Assembly: GCA_963807915.1 (NCBI GenBank) | Contig: CAWEDO010000002.1 | Coordinates: 105,502 to 169,501 of the forward strand | Direction of reading: 5' to 3' | From: an uncultured Chloroflexia bacterium | GTDB taxonomy: Bacteria; Chloroflexota; Limnocylindria; QHBO01 | Length of the DNA: 64,000 bases | Shown here: piece by piece, positions 27,275 to 37,668 of the stretch | Layout of the letters: each line of letters begins with the position of its first letter | How positions within the stretch are numbered: the stretch's first letter is position 1 | Notes under the pieces: generated by a model | What the model was told of the DNA's origin: nothing | Databases searched by the model: none | Seen by the model: only the letters and a program-made list of their open reading frames with translations | Position numbers and translations under genes: made by a program

Positions 27275-27778
27275 TCAGAAGCCGAGGTTCGGCTTCACCA
27301 CCATCAGGAAGACGATCACCACGATCGTCAGGCTCATGCCGATGCCGCCGCGCTGGACCCGCTTGACGAGGTCCATCAGCGCCGGTGGCGGCCCCCCGGG
27401 AGCCGATCCGGCCGGCGCCTCGGGCGGCGGCGCGGAGGTCATCTCGATGATGCGGCGGGTGGTCGGCAGCTGCATCGTGACGGCGAACGTGAAGAGGAGT
27501 GCCCACAGGACGATCCCCAGCGCCAGCCAGCGCGCGTCGCGGCTGAACGGGTCGATCCCCACGGACCAGATCAGGCCGATCCCGGTCACGGGCATGCTCA
27601 GCGCCACGGGCAGCGCCCGCTTGGTCGAGATGGCATACGAGACCCGGGTGGCGAAGTTGGCATGCGGCCGGTCGGCCGCCCCCATCGCCCCGATGATCGG
27701 GAACGAGAAGCTCGGACCAAAGGCGATGACGGCCCCGATCACGTGCAGGAACAGGAACCAGGGGATCAGGTCGGGCAT
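27275..27778 (-). CDS. DUF2269-like membrane protein
   Basis: AGGAGG RBS; four TM helices. Confidence 0.65.
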   Translation of the reverse strand: MPDLIPWFLFLHVIGAVIAFGPSFSFPIIGAMGAADRPHANFATRVSYAISTKRALPVALSMPVTGIGLIWSVGIDPFSRDARWLALGIVLWALLFTFAVTMQLPTTRRIIEMTSAPPPEAPAGSAPGGPPPALMDLVKRVQRGGIGMSLTIVVIVFLMVVKPNLGF

Positions 27779-27838
27779 CGGTCCTCCTTGGCGGCGCTCA
27801 GTTGCGCTCGCCAGTCTAGGAGCCGCGTGGTACACACG

Positions 27839-28306
27839 ATGCCGATGCGCCCGCAGCGTCCCTTCTCCGCCGTGGTCCTGGCCCTGCTGCTGGGTGCCTG
27901 TGCGTCGCCACGCCCGCCGGCCGGGTTCCGGGACTCCGTCTGCGTCAGCACCGATCACCTGCGCGCGGCGGATGGCGAGTTCGCCGCCGCCATCGACGGT
28001 CTCACCGCGGGTGACGACGACCGGGTGGCGATCGCCGCTGCCGGGATGGAGCGTGAGGCCGATGCGGCGGCCACCGCCCTCGCTGGCGTGGAGGCCTGGG
28101 CGCCCGCGTCACAGCTGACCGCCGAGCTCGGGGAAGCGGCCACCGATTTCGAACGGGCCGCCAGCCAGTTCCGTGGCGGGGCTCGCCAGGGCAACGGGCC
28201 GGAGCTGGACCGAGCCGTCGCCTCCGCGCAGGAGGCTTCAGCTGCGGTGTCCCGCGTCGAGCTCGAGATGACGCGTCTTGCGGCCGCCGGGCTGGAGCCC
28301 TGCTGA
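27839..28306 (+). CDS. hypothetical lipoprotein
   Basis: Signal peptide with lipobox LLGAC. Confidence 0.55.
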   Translation: MPMRPQRPFSAVVLALLLGACASPRPPAGFRDSVCVSTDHLRAADGEFAAAIDGLTAGDDDRVAIAAAGMEREADAAATALAGVEAWAPASQLTAELGEAATDFERAASQFRGGARQGNGPELDRAVASAQEASAAVSRVELEMTRLAAAGLEPC

Positions 28307-28307
28307 G

Positions 28308-28821
28308 TCAGCCGGCGATCGCCATGGCCAACCTGTCGAGCTCGGCAGCGATGTCGCGGGCCCAGGCCGTGATCTCCGACGGATTCCGGAAGTCGCCCAC
28401 CGGCGCATGCACGGCACGGACCATCAGGCGCTCCATGAACCCCAACCGACCCGGGTCGAGGCGTCCACGAAAGACGCGGTGGCCGCGAGCGTTGATGGAT
28501 GTAGCGAGGTCCGCGACGCCGGCGGGATCTTCGGCCGGCTTCGGATCGGTGACGCCGATAGGCCCGCTGCTGAACAGCCAGACCGGCCGTGCGCCGAGCT
28601 CGATGGCATGGCGCTGGACGAAGGCCGTGGCCTCCGGCAGCCAGCGCCCCACGTACACGCCGCTGCCCAGCACGACTGCGCTGTAGCCGGCCACCTCATC
28701 GATGGTCGCCAGCGGCAGGACCTCCGCCTCCAGGCCGGCGTCGGCCAGGGCCTGCCCGATCGTCGTTGCGATTTCGTCGGTCGCTCCATGGCGGCTTGCA
28801 GCCGTCACCAGGACGCGCATC
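28308..28821 (-). CDS. flavodoxin-like fold protein
   Basis: GGGAGG RBS; MRVLVTAASRHGAT flavodoxin-like phosphate-binding loop. Confidence 0.7.
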
Positions 28822-28923
28822 GGTGTACCTCCCAGGTCGTTCGCACTTGCTGCGTCCATTCCAGACGCTCCACCCCACGACCGGCAGTGCCAGAGGGCAC
28901 GTTTGCGGCCGACTCTGGGACCG

Positions 28924-29340
28924 ATGGCGGAGCGCTGCTACGCTGCCGGCGTGTTCCAGAGCCTCGACTTCGTCTACATGCCCAGTCGCGACGTGGCCAG
29001 GGACATGGCCTACTTCACCGCCGTTCTCGGCGGACGCCTCTCCTTCGCGGTCGAGGGCATGGGGACGCGGGTGGCGATGATCGAGCTGACGGAAGGCCCG
29101 CCGCGGGTGCTGCTCGCCGGCCACCTCGAGGGGGACCAACCGGTTCTCGTCTACCGGGTGGATGACCTCGGGTCGGCGATGACCGAGCTTGCGGCGAGGG
29201 GCTGGAAGCGCGAGCCGACCTTCGAGATCCCGCATGGACCGGTCTGCCCGTTCCGGACGACCGGGGGCCATCGGCTGGCCATCTACCAGCTCGTCCGGCC
29301 CGAGGCCGGAGAGCATTTCGAGGGTCGCCGCGACTTCTGA
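28924..29340 (+). CDS. VOC (glyoxalase/bleomycin resistance) family protein
   Basis: VOC fold-like sequence, 138 aa. Confidence 0.65.
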   Translation: MAERCYAAGVFQSLDFVYMPSRDVARDMAYFTAVLGGRLSFAVEGMGTRVAMIELTEGPPRVLLAGHLEGDQPVLVYRVDDLGSAMTELAARGWKREPTFEIPHGPVCPFRTTGGHRLAIYQLVRPEAGEHFEGRRDF

Positions 29341-29385
29341 CGCTTCCTCCGGCAACCGAACCGCCTGCTGCGGCGTCCTTGCGCC

Positions 29386-30144
29386 ATGAGAGCAACCATC
29401 CTGATCATGCTGCTGACCCTGGCCTCCGGCTGCCGGCTCGTGCCGGGCGGCGGAACCCCGCTGGCGGTCGACGGCGAATGGCAGCTGCAGTCGGGGACGA
29501 ACCAAGGGCAGCCGATTCCGATCGTGCCGGGCAGTCGCGTCACCCTGAAGATCGACGGCGACCAGGTTGGTGGCAGCTCCGGCTGCAACATTTACGGCGG
29601 CACCATCACGCTCGACGGCAGCAAGGTCACCATCAGCGCGCTGTCGATGACCGAGATGGCATGCGAGGAGCCACGGATGGCCTCGGAGGCCGCCTACCTC
29701 GCGGCGCTGCCGCGCGTCACCAGCGTGGAGCGCAGCGGGGATACGCTGGTGCTGAGCGGTCCCGAGGTTGAGCTTCGCTACGCCCTCGTGCCGCCCGTGC
29801 CGGACGCGGCCCTGGTCGGAACCCGATGGATGCTCGAATCGCTGATCAGCGCCGACGTCGCCTCCTCGACCGTCAAGGAAGCGCCGCTCCGATTCGGCGA
29901 TGACGGGAAGGTGTCCGTCTCGACCGGCTGCCGCGACCTGACGGGCAGCTACACGGTCTCCGGTGCACGGGTGGAGATGACGCTCGACCCGTACGACCTG
30001 TATGCCTGCGGCGGGGCGCTCGGCGACCAGGACAGCCACGTCCTCGCGGTGATCGGCACCAGCTTCGACTTCGCGATTGACGGCGATGCGCTCACCCTGA
30101 CCGCCGGGGAGCATGGCCTCGCCTACCGCGTCGCGACGGAGTAG
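29386..30144 (+). CDS. META-domain (HslJ-like) lipoprotein, two META repeats
   Basis: Lipobox LASGC; duplicated GCN..G..T and Y..C..G motifs. Confidence 0.7.
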   Translation: MRATILIMLLTLASGCRLVPGGGTPLAVDGEWQLQSGTNQGQPIPIVPGSRVTLKIDGDQVGGSSGCNIYGGTITLDGSKVTISALSMTEMACEEPRMASEAAYLAALPRVTSVERSGDTLVLSGPEVELRYALVPPVPDAALVGTRWMLESLISADVASSTVKEAPLRFGDDGKVSVSTGCRDLTGSYTVSGARVEMTLDPYDLYACGGALGDQDSHVLAVIGTSFDFAIDGDALTLTAGEHGLAYRVATE

Positions 30145-30253
30145 CTATCCGCCCTGCGAAATGACGGCTGCCCGAGGCTCGGGGCGGCGGCTCCGAGCAT
30201 CCACGAGCTAACATTTCGCGACCGTGGCCGATCTCCGCTAGCATCCGCCGGCC

Positions 30254-31231
30254 ATGACCCGACCGATGATCCTGGCCGAAGGCATCGAGAAGTCCTTCGG
30301 CACGACCCACGCGTTGCGCGGCCTCGACCTCGACGTTGCCGAGGGGACGATCCTTGGCCTGCTCGGCCCGAACGGCGCCGGCAAGACGACCGCGGTTCGC
30401 ATCCTCACCACCCTGCTCCGCCCCGATGCGGGCCGAGCCGAGGTGGCAGGCATCGACGTGCTGCGACATGCGCCCGAGGTGCGCCGCAAGATCGGGGTGG
30501 CCGGCCAGAACGCCACGCTCGACGAGGTGCTCACCGGGCGCGAGAACCTCGAGATGATCGGGCGACTCTTCCGGCTGCCGGCATCCGAGGCGCGCAGTCG
30601 CGCCAACAGCCTCCTCGAGCGCTTCGCGCTCCAGGAGCTCGCGGACAGGATCACGAAGACCTACTCCGGTGGCGAGCGGCGTCGCCTGGACCTGGCCGGC
30701 GCCCTCGTTGCCGAGCCCCCCGTCCTCTTCCTCGACGAGCCGACGACCGGCCTCGACCCACGTGGCCGGCTCTCGATGTGGGACCTCATCGGCGACCTGG
30801 CCAAGGGCGGGACCACGGTGCTGATGACGACGCAGTACCTGGAGGAGGCCGACCTCCTGGCCGATGACATCGCCGTGATCGACCACGGCAAGCTGATCGC
30901 CCGCGGGACCGCCCTGGAGCTGAAGCAGCGGACCGGCGGCGAGCGCCTCGAGATCCTCGTCACCAATGGGGACCAGGTGGCCGCCGCGGCGACCGCCCTG
31001 GCGGCGCTCAGCGGCGAGCAGCCGTTCGTCGACGAGGCCGCTCGCCACGTGAGCGTGCCCGTCTCGTCGCACGGCGGGATGCTGACCCGCGCGGTGCGCG
31101 AGCTGGACGCCGCCGGGGTCGAGGTGGACGACATCGGCTTCCGGCGACCGACCCTGGACGAGGTCTTCCTGGCACTGACCGGCAAGCCGGCAGGCGACGA
31201 GACATCGGCTCGGGAGGAGGTTGCGTCATGA
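30254..31231 (+). CDS. ABC transporter ATP-binding protein (DrrA-like)
   Basis: Walker A GPNGAGKTT; signature YSGGERRRL; Walker B LFLDEPTTGLD. Confidence 0.9.
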   Translation: MTRPMILAEGIEKSFGTTHALRGLDLDVAEGTILGLLGPNGAGKTTAVRILTTLLRPDAGRAEVAGIDVLRHAPEVRRKIGVAGQNATLDEVLTGRENLEMIGRLFRLPASEARSRANSLLERFALQELADRITKTYSGGERRRLDLAGALVAEPPVLFLDEPTTGLDPRGRLSMWDLIGDLAKGGTTVLMTTQYLEEADLLADDIAVIDHGKLIARGTALELKQRTGGERLEILVTNGDQVAAAATALAALSGEQPFVDEAARHVSVPVSSHGGMLTRAVRELDAAGVEVDDIGFRRPTLDEVFLALTGKPAGDETSAREEVAS

Positions 31232-31998
31232 CGCTGAGCTGGTGGATCGCCGACTCGCTCGAGATGGTGAAGCGCAACCTGCGCCACATCCGTCGCACGC
31301 CGGAGCTGCTGCTGGACGTGACGCTCCAGCCGATCATGTTCGTGATCCTCTTCCGCTTCGTCTTCGGCGGAGCGATCCCGATCGAGGGCACGACCTACGT
31401 CAACTACCTGATGGCGGGCATCTTCGTGCAGACGATCGCCTTCGCCGGCGTGTACACGGGGGTGCTGCTGGCGAACGACCTGAAGAACGGGATGATCGAC
31501 CGATTCAGATCGCTCCCGATGCTGCAGTCCTCGGTCCTGACCGGCCGCACCCTCACCGACCTGCTGCGCGCGATGCTGGCGGTGACGGTGATGACGATCG
31601 TGGGGCTGCTGGTCGGGTTCCGCCCGGAGGGTGGGCTGAGCGGCGCAGTCCTGGCGATCGGGGTGATGCTGACCTTCGGCTTCGCGCTGTCATGGGTCGG
31701 CGTGGCGATGGGCTCGTTTGTTCGGACGCCCGAGGCGCTCCAGGGGCTCATGTTCATGACCGTCTTCCCGCTCACCTTCGCCAGCAGCGCCTTCGTGCCG
31801 ACCAACACGATGCCGGACTGGCTGCGCTTCTTCGCCGAGCGCCAGCCGCTGACCCTGGTCACCAACACCGTGCGCAGCTTCATGCTCGACGGGAGCGGTG
31901 GCCCGGACGCCATCCCGGCGCTGGTCTGGTCGGTGGGGCTGCTGGTGGCCTTCTTCCCGATCGGGCTGTGGCTGTACCGAAGGCGAACCAGCCAGTAG
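31228..31998 (+). CDS. ABC-2 type transporter permease
   Basis: ATGA overlap with the ATPase gene; six TM helices. Confidence 0.85.
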   Translation: MTLSWWIADSLEMVKRNLRHIRRTPELLLDVTLQPIMFVILFRFVFGGAIPIEGTTYVNYLMAGIFVQTIAFAGVYTGVLLANDLKNGMIDRFRSLPMLQSSVLTGRTLTDLLRAMLAVTVMTIVGLLVGFRPEGGLSGAVLAIGVMLTFGFALSWVGVAMGSFVRTPEALQGLMFMTVFPLTFASSAFVPTNTMPDWLRFFAERQPLTLVTNTVRSFMLDGSGGPDAIPALVWSVGLLVAFFPIGLWLYRRRTSQ

Positions 31999-32020
31999 GC
32001 GGGATGCGGCTCGGGATCGG

Positions 32021-32404
32021 CTAGCGGCTGGTCAGCTCGTCGATCCACGCCTCCAGGCGTGGCAGATGCTCGGCAAGGTGGTCGGGGCCGGCCTTGCGGA
32101 CCCAGAACTCGGCAGCCGGGGTGACCTCGGGAAGCTCCGCCCAGGCGCGGCGCAGCTCGGCACGGGCAGAGGCGCATTGCAGGTGTACGGTGTCGAGCGG
32201 GACGTCGTGCATGGCTGCCAGGAAGCGTTCGTTCTCGGCGTCGATGTCGATCTCGCCCTCGCGGTAGGTCCCCGCCGCAATGCGCCGCAGCATCTGGGCA
32301 CCCTCCGCCATCCACGTCCCGACGTGTGCGACCGCGTCCTTGGCGGTCCAGCCCTCGCGGAAGTAACCGGGAATCTCGGCGATGTCGGGCGTGATGCGGG
32401 CCAT
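32021..32404 (-). CDS. ClbS/DfsB-family four-helix-bundle protein
   Basis: 127 aa; family-like motifs; the long upstream ORF extension is rejected. Confidence 0.55.
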   Translation of the reverse strand: MARITPDIAEIPGYFREGWTAKDAVAHVGTWMAEGAQMLRRIAAGTYREGEIDIDAENERFLAAMHDVPLDTVHLQCASARAELRRAWAELPEVTPAAEFWVRKAGPDHLAEHLPRLEAWIDELTSR

Positions 32405-32517
32405 CACCGCATGGAGGCGGTGCCAGGCTTCCGCTTCACCGGGCAGGTCACGCGATTTCGTTGTCGCGGAGCTCACCGGGAGATGATAGTCCGCCGTCGT
32501 CGTGGCGGCCCGATGGG

Positions 32518-32958
32518 TCAGGCAGGCAGCGCGGCCGCCCACCTCGACGCCCGCTCCAGCTCGCCGGACTCGAGCTCGGGCTTTCGCGTCACGAAGAAGC
32601 TCTCCTCCGGCGCGACGATGGCGGCGCCGAACTCCCGCAGTCGATCCGTGATCCGGGCGCTCGCCGAACCCGACAGCCACTCCGGCCAGCGCAGTCGCGT
32701 GTCGAACCCGACCGCCCGTCGGCCGCTGAGGGCCTTGGGTGCGAGTCGCTCGAAGTACTCCCGCACCGGCGGGGTCATCCCGTGGGCCTCCGTTGGTCCA
32801 CCGATCACGACCAGGTCGATGTCGGCGTCGATCTCCGTCGGCGCCTCCTCGACCGGCCGGAGGTCGACGCTCCCTCGCTCGCCGAGCCGATTGGCGATGG
32901 TCTCCGCCACGCGTCGCGTGTTGCCGTTGCGCGACGCATAGATCACCAGGATGTGCAT
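32518..32958 (-). CDS. flavodoxin
   Basis: GGAGGAG RBS; MHILVIYASRNGNTRRVAE FMN-binding loop. Confidence 0.8.
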   Translation of the reverse strand: MHILVIYASRNGNTRRVAETIANRLGERGSVDLRPVEEAPTEIDADIDLVVIGGPTEAHGMTPPVREYFERLAPKALSGRRAVGFDTRLRWPEWLSGSASARITDRLREFGAAIVAPEESFFVTRKPELESGELERASRWAAALPA

Positions 32959-33076
32959 GGCACTCCTCCAATGCCGGTGCCGCATGGGGCGACCGGCCGC
33001 GCCCATCATCCGGAGCGCCCGCCCACGGCTCCAGTGCCATCCCGACCGAAATGGACGGCCGCGGCGCCCAACCGAG

Positions 33077-33910
33077 CTAGCTGCCGGGCCGAGTGCCCGT
33101 GACCCGCACGAGCGGCTGGCGCATGAGGAGGGCCTTCGGTGGCAGCCGGCGCAGGAGCTCGAGCGCCCGCCCCCGCAGCTGCAGCAGCGAGCCGGCGTCG
33201 AGGCCGGCGAACAGCTCCCGATCCAGCCAATGCTCGAGCAGATCCAGGTATGACTCTGGGGTGTACTGATGCTCGAGCCAGGCGTCCCGCCCGCGGACGT
33301 CTCGGAATCCGGCCCGACGGAACTCGGCGCCGGCCGCGCGCGCCGATGTGTACGGGTGCACCCTGCGTTCCATGGACGGCCGGATGATCTGGAGCTCGTC
33401 GAGGACATCGCCGAAGACGTCCTCCGGCTCGAATGGCGGGTCGTCGGCGTGCCACGAGACCAGGGCGAACCGTGCGCCCGGACGGAGGACGCGATGGACC
33501 TCGCGCAAGGCCGCGGCGCGGTTCGGGACGAGCTGGATGACGAAGGAAGAGACCGCCGCGTCCATGCTGGCGTCGGACAGCGGGAGCTGATCGGCCGCGG
33601 CGGCGATGGTCCGCAGGCGACGAGCATGGGCGGGCGACCGTGTGCCGGCCGCCGCGGCCGCGATCTCGAGCATGCCCCGCGATGGGTCGATGGCGGTCAC
33701 GCGGACCGCCGGCCAGCGATCCAGAGCGGACAGCGCCAGGACCCCGGTCCCGCTGCCCAGGTCGAGGAGGTCGAACGGCGACTTGTCGCCCGCCGGGATC
33801 GCGAGGTCGTCCAGCACCCCGACCGCCGCAGGAGCGATGAGGGGACCCCACCAGTCCCGGTATGCCCCGGCAAACTCGTCGAAGATGCGCTCGGCTTCGT
33901 CAGCTTCCAT
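33077..33910 (-). CDS. class I SAM-dependent methyltransferase
   Basis: LDLGSGTG motif I. Confidence 0.8.
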   Translation of the reverse strand: MEADEAERIFDEFAGAYRDWWGPLIAPAAVGVLDDLAIPAGDKSPFDLLDLGSGTGVLALSALDRWPAVRVTAIDPSRGMLEIAAAAAGTRSPAHARRLRTIAAAADQLPLSDASMDAAVSSFVIQLVPNRAAALREVHRVLRPGARFALVSWHADDPPFEPEDVFGDVLDELQIIRPSMERRVHPYTSARAAGAEFRRAGFRDVRGRDAWLEHQYTPESYLDLLEHWLDRELFAGLDAGSLLQLRGRALELLRRLPPKALLMRQPLVRVTGTRPGS

Positions 33911-34002
33911 GGATGGACCCGATGCTAGCGCGTGGACCGGGGACGAGGGTCACACGGCAACGGGCCGAACTGCACTCCACGCTCGTGGCGGACAGCGGGA
34001 CC

Positions 34003-34677
34003 ATGGGCCCGATGGCTGCCGATCCGATGACCGCCGCCGAGCTGCGTCACCAGCGCCTGATCTTCTTCAGCGACGCGGTCTTCGCGATCGCGATCACCCT
34101 GCTGGTGGTCGACCTGCGACCACCAGACGCGCCTTCCGGCGGCTACGAGGCCGCCCTGCGCGCGTACCTGTCCCAGCCCGGTCCGTTCATCGCCACCGCC
34201 ATCGGCTTCGTGGTGGTGGGCTCGTACTGGATGAGCCACCGGAAGATCTTTGCGCTCATTCCGCGGACGGACGAGCGCGTGGCGTGGGCGAACACCGTCT
34301 TCCTGTTCGGCATCGTCGTCCAGCCCTTCTTCACCGCGGCGCTGGCCGAGCATGACCCGAACCGCACCTCGGTGGTCGCTTATGCCAGCTGCCAGGTCGT
34401 CGCCGGACTTGCGCAGCTCGGCCTGTGGATGGTTGCGATTCGGCGGCCGGCCCTCCTCGCGCCGAGCGCCACGCCGCGGCGCGTGCGCTACGTGACCCTG
34501 CTCCTGGCGCGAACCCCGGCAACTTTCGCGATCTCGATCCCGGTGACGCTCCTCCTCGGCGCCATCCCGGGCATGGTGAGCTGGGGCGCGATCCACGTGG
34601 TGGCGCTGCTGATCGAACGCCGCTTCCCCGACCTCAGCCCGGATCCGGATGCCGCGGCTAGGCCCTTGGCTGGCTGA
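34003..34677 (+). CDS. TMEM175/DUF1211 family membrane protein (putative K+ channel homologue)
   Basis: RLIFFSDAVFAIAITLLV signature. Confidence 0.7.
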   Translation: MGPMAADPMTAAELRHQRLIFFSDAVFAIAITLLVVDLRPPDAPSGGYEAALRAYLSQPGPFIATAIGFVVVGSYWMSHRKIFALIPRTDERVAWANTVFLFGIVVQPFFTAALAEHDPNRTSVVAYASCQVVAGLAQLGLWMVAIRRPALLAPSATPRRVRYVTLLLARTPATFAISIPVTLLLGAIPGMVSWGAIHVVALLIERRFPDLSPDPDAAARPLAG

Positions 34678-34701
34678 CAGCCGCCCGGTACCATCGCACG
34701 C

Positions 34702-35640
34702 ATGGACACCCAACAGCCAGCAGTGCACATTGGCCGCGACCAGTTCCACCTCGCCTGGGACCGGTCGATCGAGCCGATCGCGACCGTCGCCAGCGGCGAC
34801 GTCGTGGAGATCGACGCCCTCGACGCGTCGGGCGGGCAGATCACCCGCGAATCGACCGTCGGTGACCTGGCGAACCTCGACTTCGATCGCGTCGACCAGG
34901 TGCACGGGCCGATCGCGGTGGAGGGAGCCGAGCCGGGCGACACCCTGGAGATCGAGCTGCTGGAATTCGCCCCGGCTGATTGGGGCTGGACGGCGAACAT
35001 CCCGGGCTTCGGGCTGTTGACGGAGGACTTCCCCGAGGCTGCGCTCAGCATCAGCCGCCTCTCCAACGGGATGGCCGACTTCATGCCCGGCGTGCACATT
35101 CCGCTCGCCCCGTTCTGCGGTGAGCTGGGGGTCGCGCCGCCCAACGAGGGCGCCCACTCGACGATCCCGCCCGACGTGTTCGGCGGCAACATGGACACCC
35201 GCCACCTGACCGCCGGAACGAAGCTCTTCCTGCCCGTCTTCGCCCCAGGTGGGCGCTTCTCGCTGGGTGACGGGCACGCCGCTCAGGGGGACGGCGAGGT
35301 GTGCGGCACCGCCATCGAGACGCCGATGCATGCCCAGGTGCGCCTGACGGTGCGCAAGGACCTGCACGTCACCGCCCCTGAATTCCTGACGCCGGGGCCG
35401 CTGGCGCGCGGCACGAACAGCGGCCCCTTCTACGCGACCGACGGCGTAGGCCCCGACCTGATGACCGCCGCGCGCGAAGCGGTGCGGCGCATGATCGACT
35501 ACCTCGGCCGCGAGCACGGCCTGAGCGCGATCGACGCCTACCTGCTGTGCAGCGTCGCCTGCGACCTGAAGATCAGCGAGATCGTGGACGCGCCGAACTG
35601 GATCGTCACCTCGTACTGTCCCCTCTCGATCTTCGGCTGA
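34702..35640 (+). CDS. acetamidase/formamidase family protein
   Basis: FmdA/AmdA-like motifs (GGNMD, GDGHAAQGDGE). Confidence 0.85.
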   Translation: MDTQQPAVHIGRDQFHLAWDRSIEPIATVASGDVVEIDALDASGGQITRESTVGDLANLDFDRVDQVHGPIAVEGAEPGDTLEIELLEFAPADWGWTANIPGFGLLTEDFPEAALSISRLSNGMADFMPGVHIPLAPFCGELGVAPPNEGAHSTIPPDVFGGNMDTRHLTAGTKLFLPVFAPGGRFSLGDGHAAQGDGEVCGTAIETPMHAQVRLTVRKDLHVTAPEFLTPGPLARGTNSGPFYATDGVGPDLMTAAREAVRRMIDYLGREHGLSAIDAYLLCSVACDLKISEIVDAPNWIVTSYCPLSIFG

Positions 35641-35656
35641 CCCGGCTGGCCTGACG

Positions 35657-36109
35657 ATGCCCGCCAACCTCTCTGCCGCCGCGCGCGAGCTGATCGAGTC
35701 CGAGGCGCTGGCGCACGTCGTCACCCTCAATCGCGACGGGAGCCCGCACCAGTCCATGGCATGGGTCGGCCTCGAGGGCGACGCCGTCGTGTTCGGCACG
35801 CTCGACGACCAGCCCAAGCTGCGCAACCTGCGCCGAGACCCGCGTATGAGCATCTCCATCGAAGGGACGCGCACCAACGAGTGGGGCCTGCGCGAATACC
35901 TGATCCTGTCGGGCATCGCCGAGGTCGTGCCCGGCGGCGCGCCGGAGCTGCTCCAGCGGCTGGCCCATGTCTACCTGGGGCCCGACGTGACCTTCCCCAG
36001 CATGCCGAACCCGCCGCCCGGCTACGTCACCCGCATGCGGGTCGAGCGTGTCTCCGGCATCGGGCCTTGGCGCGGAGGGGCCGCCCCCGGCCCCTCCGCC
36101 ATCCGCTAG
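35657..36109 (+). CDS. pyridoxamine 5'-phosphate oxidase family protein (possibly F420-dependent)
   Basis: PPOX class fold sequence. Confidence 0.75.
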   Translation: MPANLSAAARELIESEALAHVVTLNRDGSPHQSMAWVGLEGDAVVFGTLDDQPKLRNLRRDPRMSISIEGTRTNEWGLREYLILSGIAEVVPGGAPELLQRLAHVYLGPDVTFPSMPNPPPGYVTRMRVERVSGIGPWRGGAAPGPSAIR

Positions 36110-37611
36110 TCGCTGCCGCTGTCCCCGCCATACACGTCGCGCATCCGGTCGAGCGCCGCTCGGTTGACGAACCACAGCACCACGAAGATGACGATGCCGA
36201 TCGCCATCCAGGCACCGACGATCGGCGCCGTGAAGCGCAGCGAGGTGGTGTACGGGTCCAGGGTGATGTCGAAGAAGGGGATCGTCAGCCCGCCGATGAC
36301 CGACAGCAGGGCCGGGACCATGGCGAGCACCCCGATGACCGGGACCACCAGGTGCTTGATCACGTTGAATTCGTCGCGCCGCTCCCGCAGGTAGAAGCCG
36401 ATCACGGCCAGGTTCACGGCCATGTACATGCCTGCAAACACGAGGCCGAGCATGGTGCCGATGAAGACGTAGATGTTGATCGGTCCGAGGCCCTCGTATG
36501 GGTCGTTGGCGAGGTAGAGGCCGCCGCCGACCGCGACGACGATCGCCAGGAGGACCTGCAGGTGAACCGCGTTGACCGGGGTGCGGTGCGTCGGGTGGAC
36601 CGCGGCTAGGAACTTCGGCAGGAGGCCGCCGCGCGCCATCGAGAAGATGGAGCGCGTTGCCGCGGTCGCGCCCGAGTTCGCGTTGGCCAGCGAGCTGTTG
36701 ATGATCGCGAAGACCACGAGGATGCCGCCTAGGGTGCCGAGCACCTCGGTCCCCATGAAGCCCCACGGGTCGCCGCCGTTGAAGGCATAGAACTCTCCCG
36801 CCATTCGATCCGGGCCAAAGAAGACGGTCGCGGCGTAGTAGCAGAAGACGTAGAACGCGCCCACCCCGATCGTCGACCAGATGACCGCCTTCGGAATCGT
36901 TCGGCGAGGATCTCGGGCTTCCTCCGCCAGCGGGGCGGCGGCCTCGAAGCCGATGAAGGCGAGGAGGCAGAAGATCATCCCCTGGAAGGCCGGCTTGATC
37001 CCATCGGCCCCCGGGATGAAGACGTCGACCGTGTTGCGGTCGCCGGCTTTGATGATCATCAGCGCCGAAATGAAGACGAAGATCGAGATCTCAATCGCGC
37101 CCAGGACGACCCCGGCGCGCGTCGACAGCTGGATGCCGCTGTAGATCAGCCACCACAGCAGCAGCCCGCACAGCACGGCGAGCGCCACCCACAGGGTCTG
37201 GAAGTCGATGGTGACATTGAGGTAGGCCTGCAGGAAGGTCGCGCCGTAGAAGCCGAAGGCTGCCAGGAGGATCGGCGCGATGAGGGGCTCTGCGAGGGCG
37301 AAGGCCCAGGCCATCATCCAGCCGAAGAACGGGCCGAGGCCCCGGGCGACATACGTATACATGCCACCCGCCGACGGCAAGTGCTTGGCGAGCTGGCCGA
37401 TCGAGTAGGCCGTGAACAGGCAGGCGACCATCGCCAGCACCACGGCAAGTGGCGTCAGCCGACCCGCGAAGCCGGTCGCGGCCCCGATCGACAGGGCAAC
37501 GGCAACCGCCGGCGCCATGTGGGTGATCGACTGAAAGAGGACCTCCGTGAGGCCGATGGCGTTGCGCTGAAGACCTTCTCCAGCCGTGCCCGGGACGCTG
37601 GTAGCTGTCAT
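36106..37611 (-). CDS. APC family amino acid permease
   Basis: 12 TM helices; APC signature. Confidence 0.9.
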   Translation of the reverse strand: MTATSVPGTAGEGLQRNAIGLTEVLFQSITHMAPAVAVALSIGAATGFAGRLTPLAVVLAMVACLFTAYSIGQLAKHLPSAGGMYTYVARGLGPFFGWMMAWAFALAEPLIAPILLAAFGFYGATFLQAYLNVTIDFQTLWVALAVLCGLLLWWLIYSGIQLSTRAGVVLGAIEISIFVFISALMIIKAGDRNTVDVFIPGADGIKPAFQGMIFCLLAFIGFEAAAPLAEEARDPRRTIPKAVIWSTIGVGAFYVFCYYAATVFFGPDRMAGEFYAFNGGDPWGFMGTEVLGTLGGILVVFAIINSSLANANSGATAATRSIFSMARGGLLPKFLAAVHPTHRTPVNAVHLQVLLAIVVAVGGGLYLANDPYEGLGPINIYVFIGTMLGLVFAGMYMAVNLAVIGFYLRERRDEFNVIKHLVVPVIGVLAMVPALLSVIGGLTIPFFDITLDPYTTSLRFTAPIVGAWMAIGIVIFVVLWFVNRAALDRMRDVYGGDSGSD

Positions 37612-37668
37612 GCGCCTCTCCTCCTCGTGCGCCGCTCGGTTGCGGCCATCACATGGTATGGATCGGCG

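Noticed and set aside
33925-35916. 663-aa minus-strand ORF
   Set aside because: Antisense to the well-supported TMEM175-like and formamidase genes. The product is a low-complexity Arg/Gly/Asp-rich sequence with no motifs, typical of spurious shadow ORFs in 70% GC DNA.
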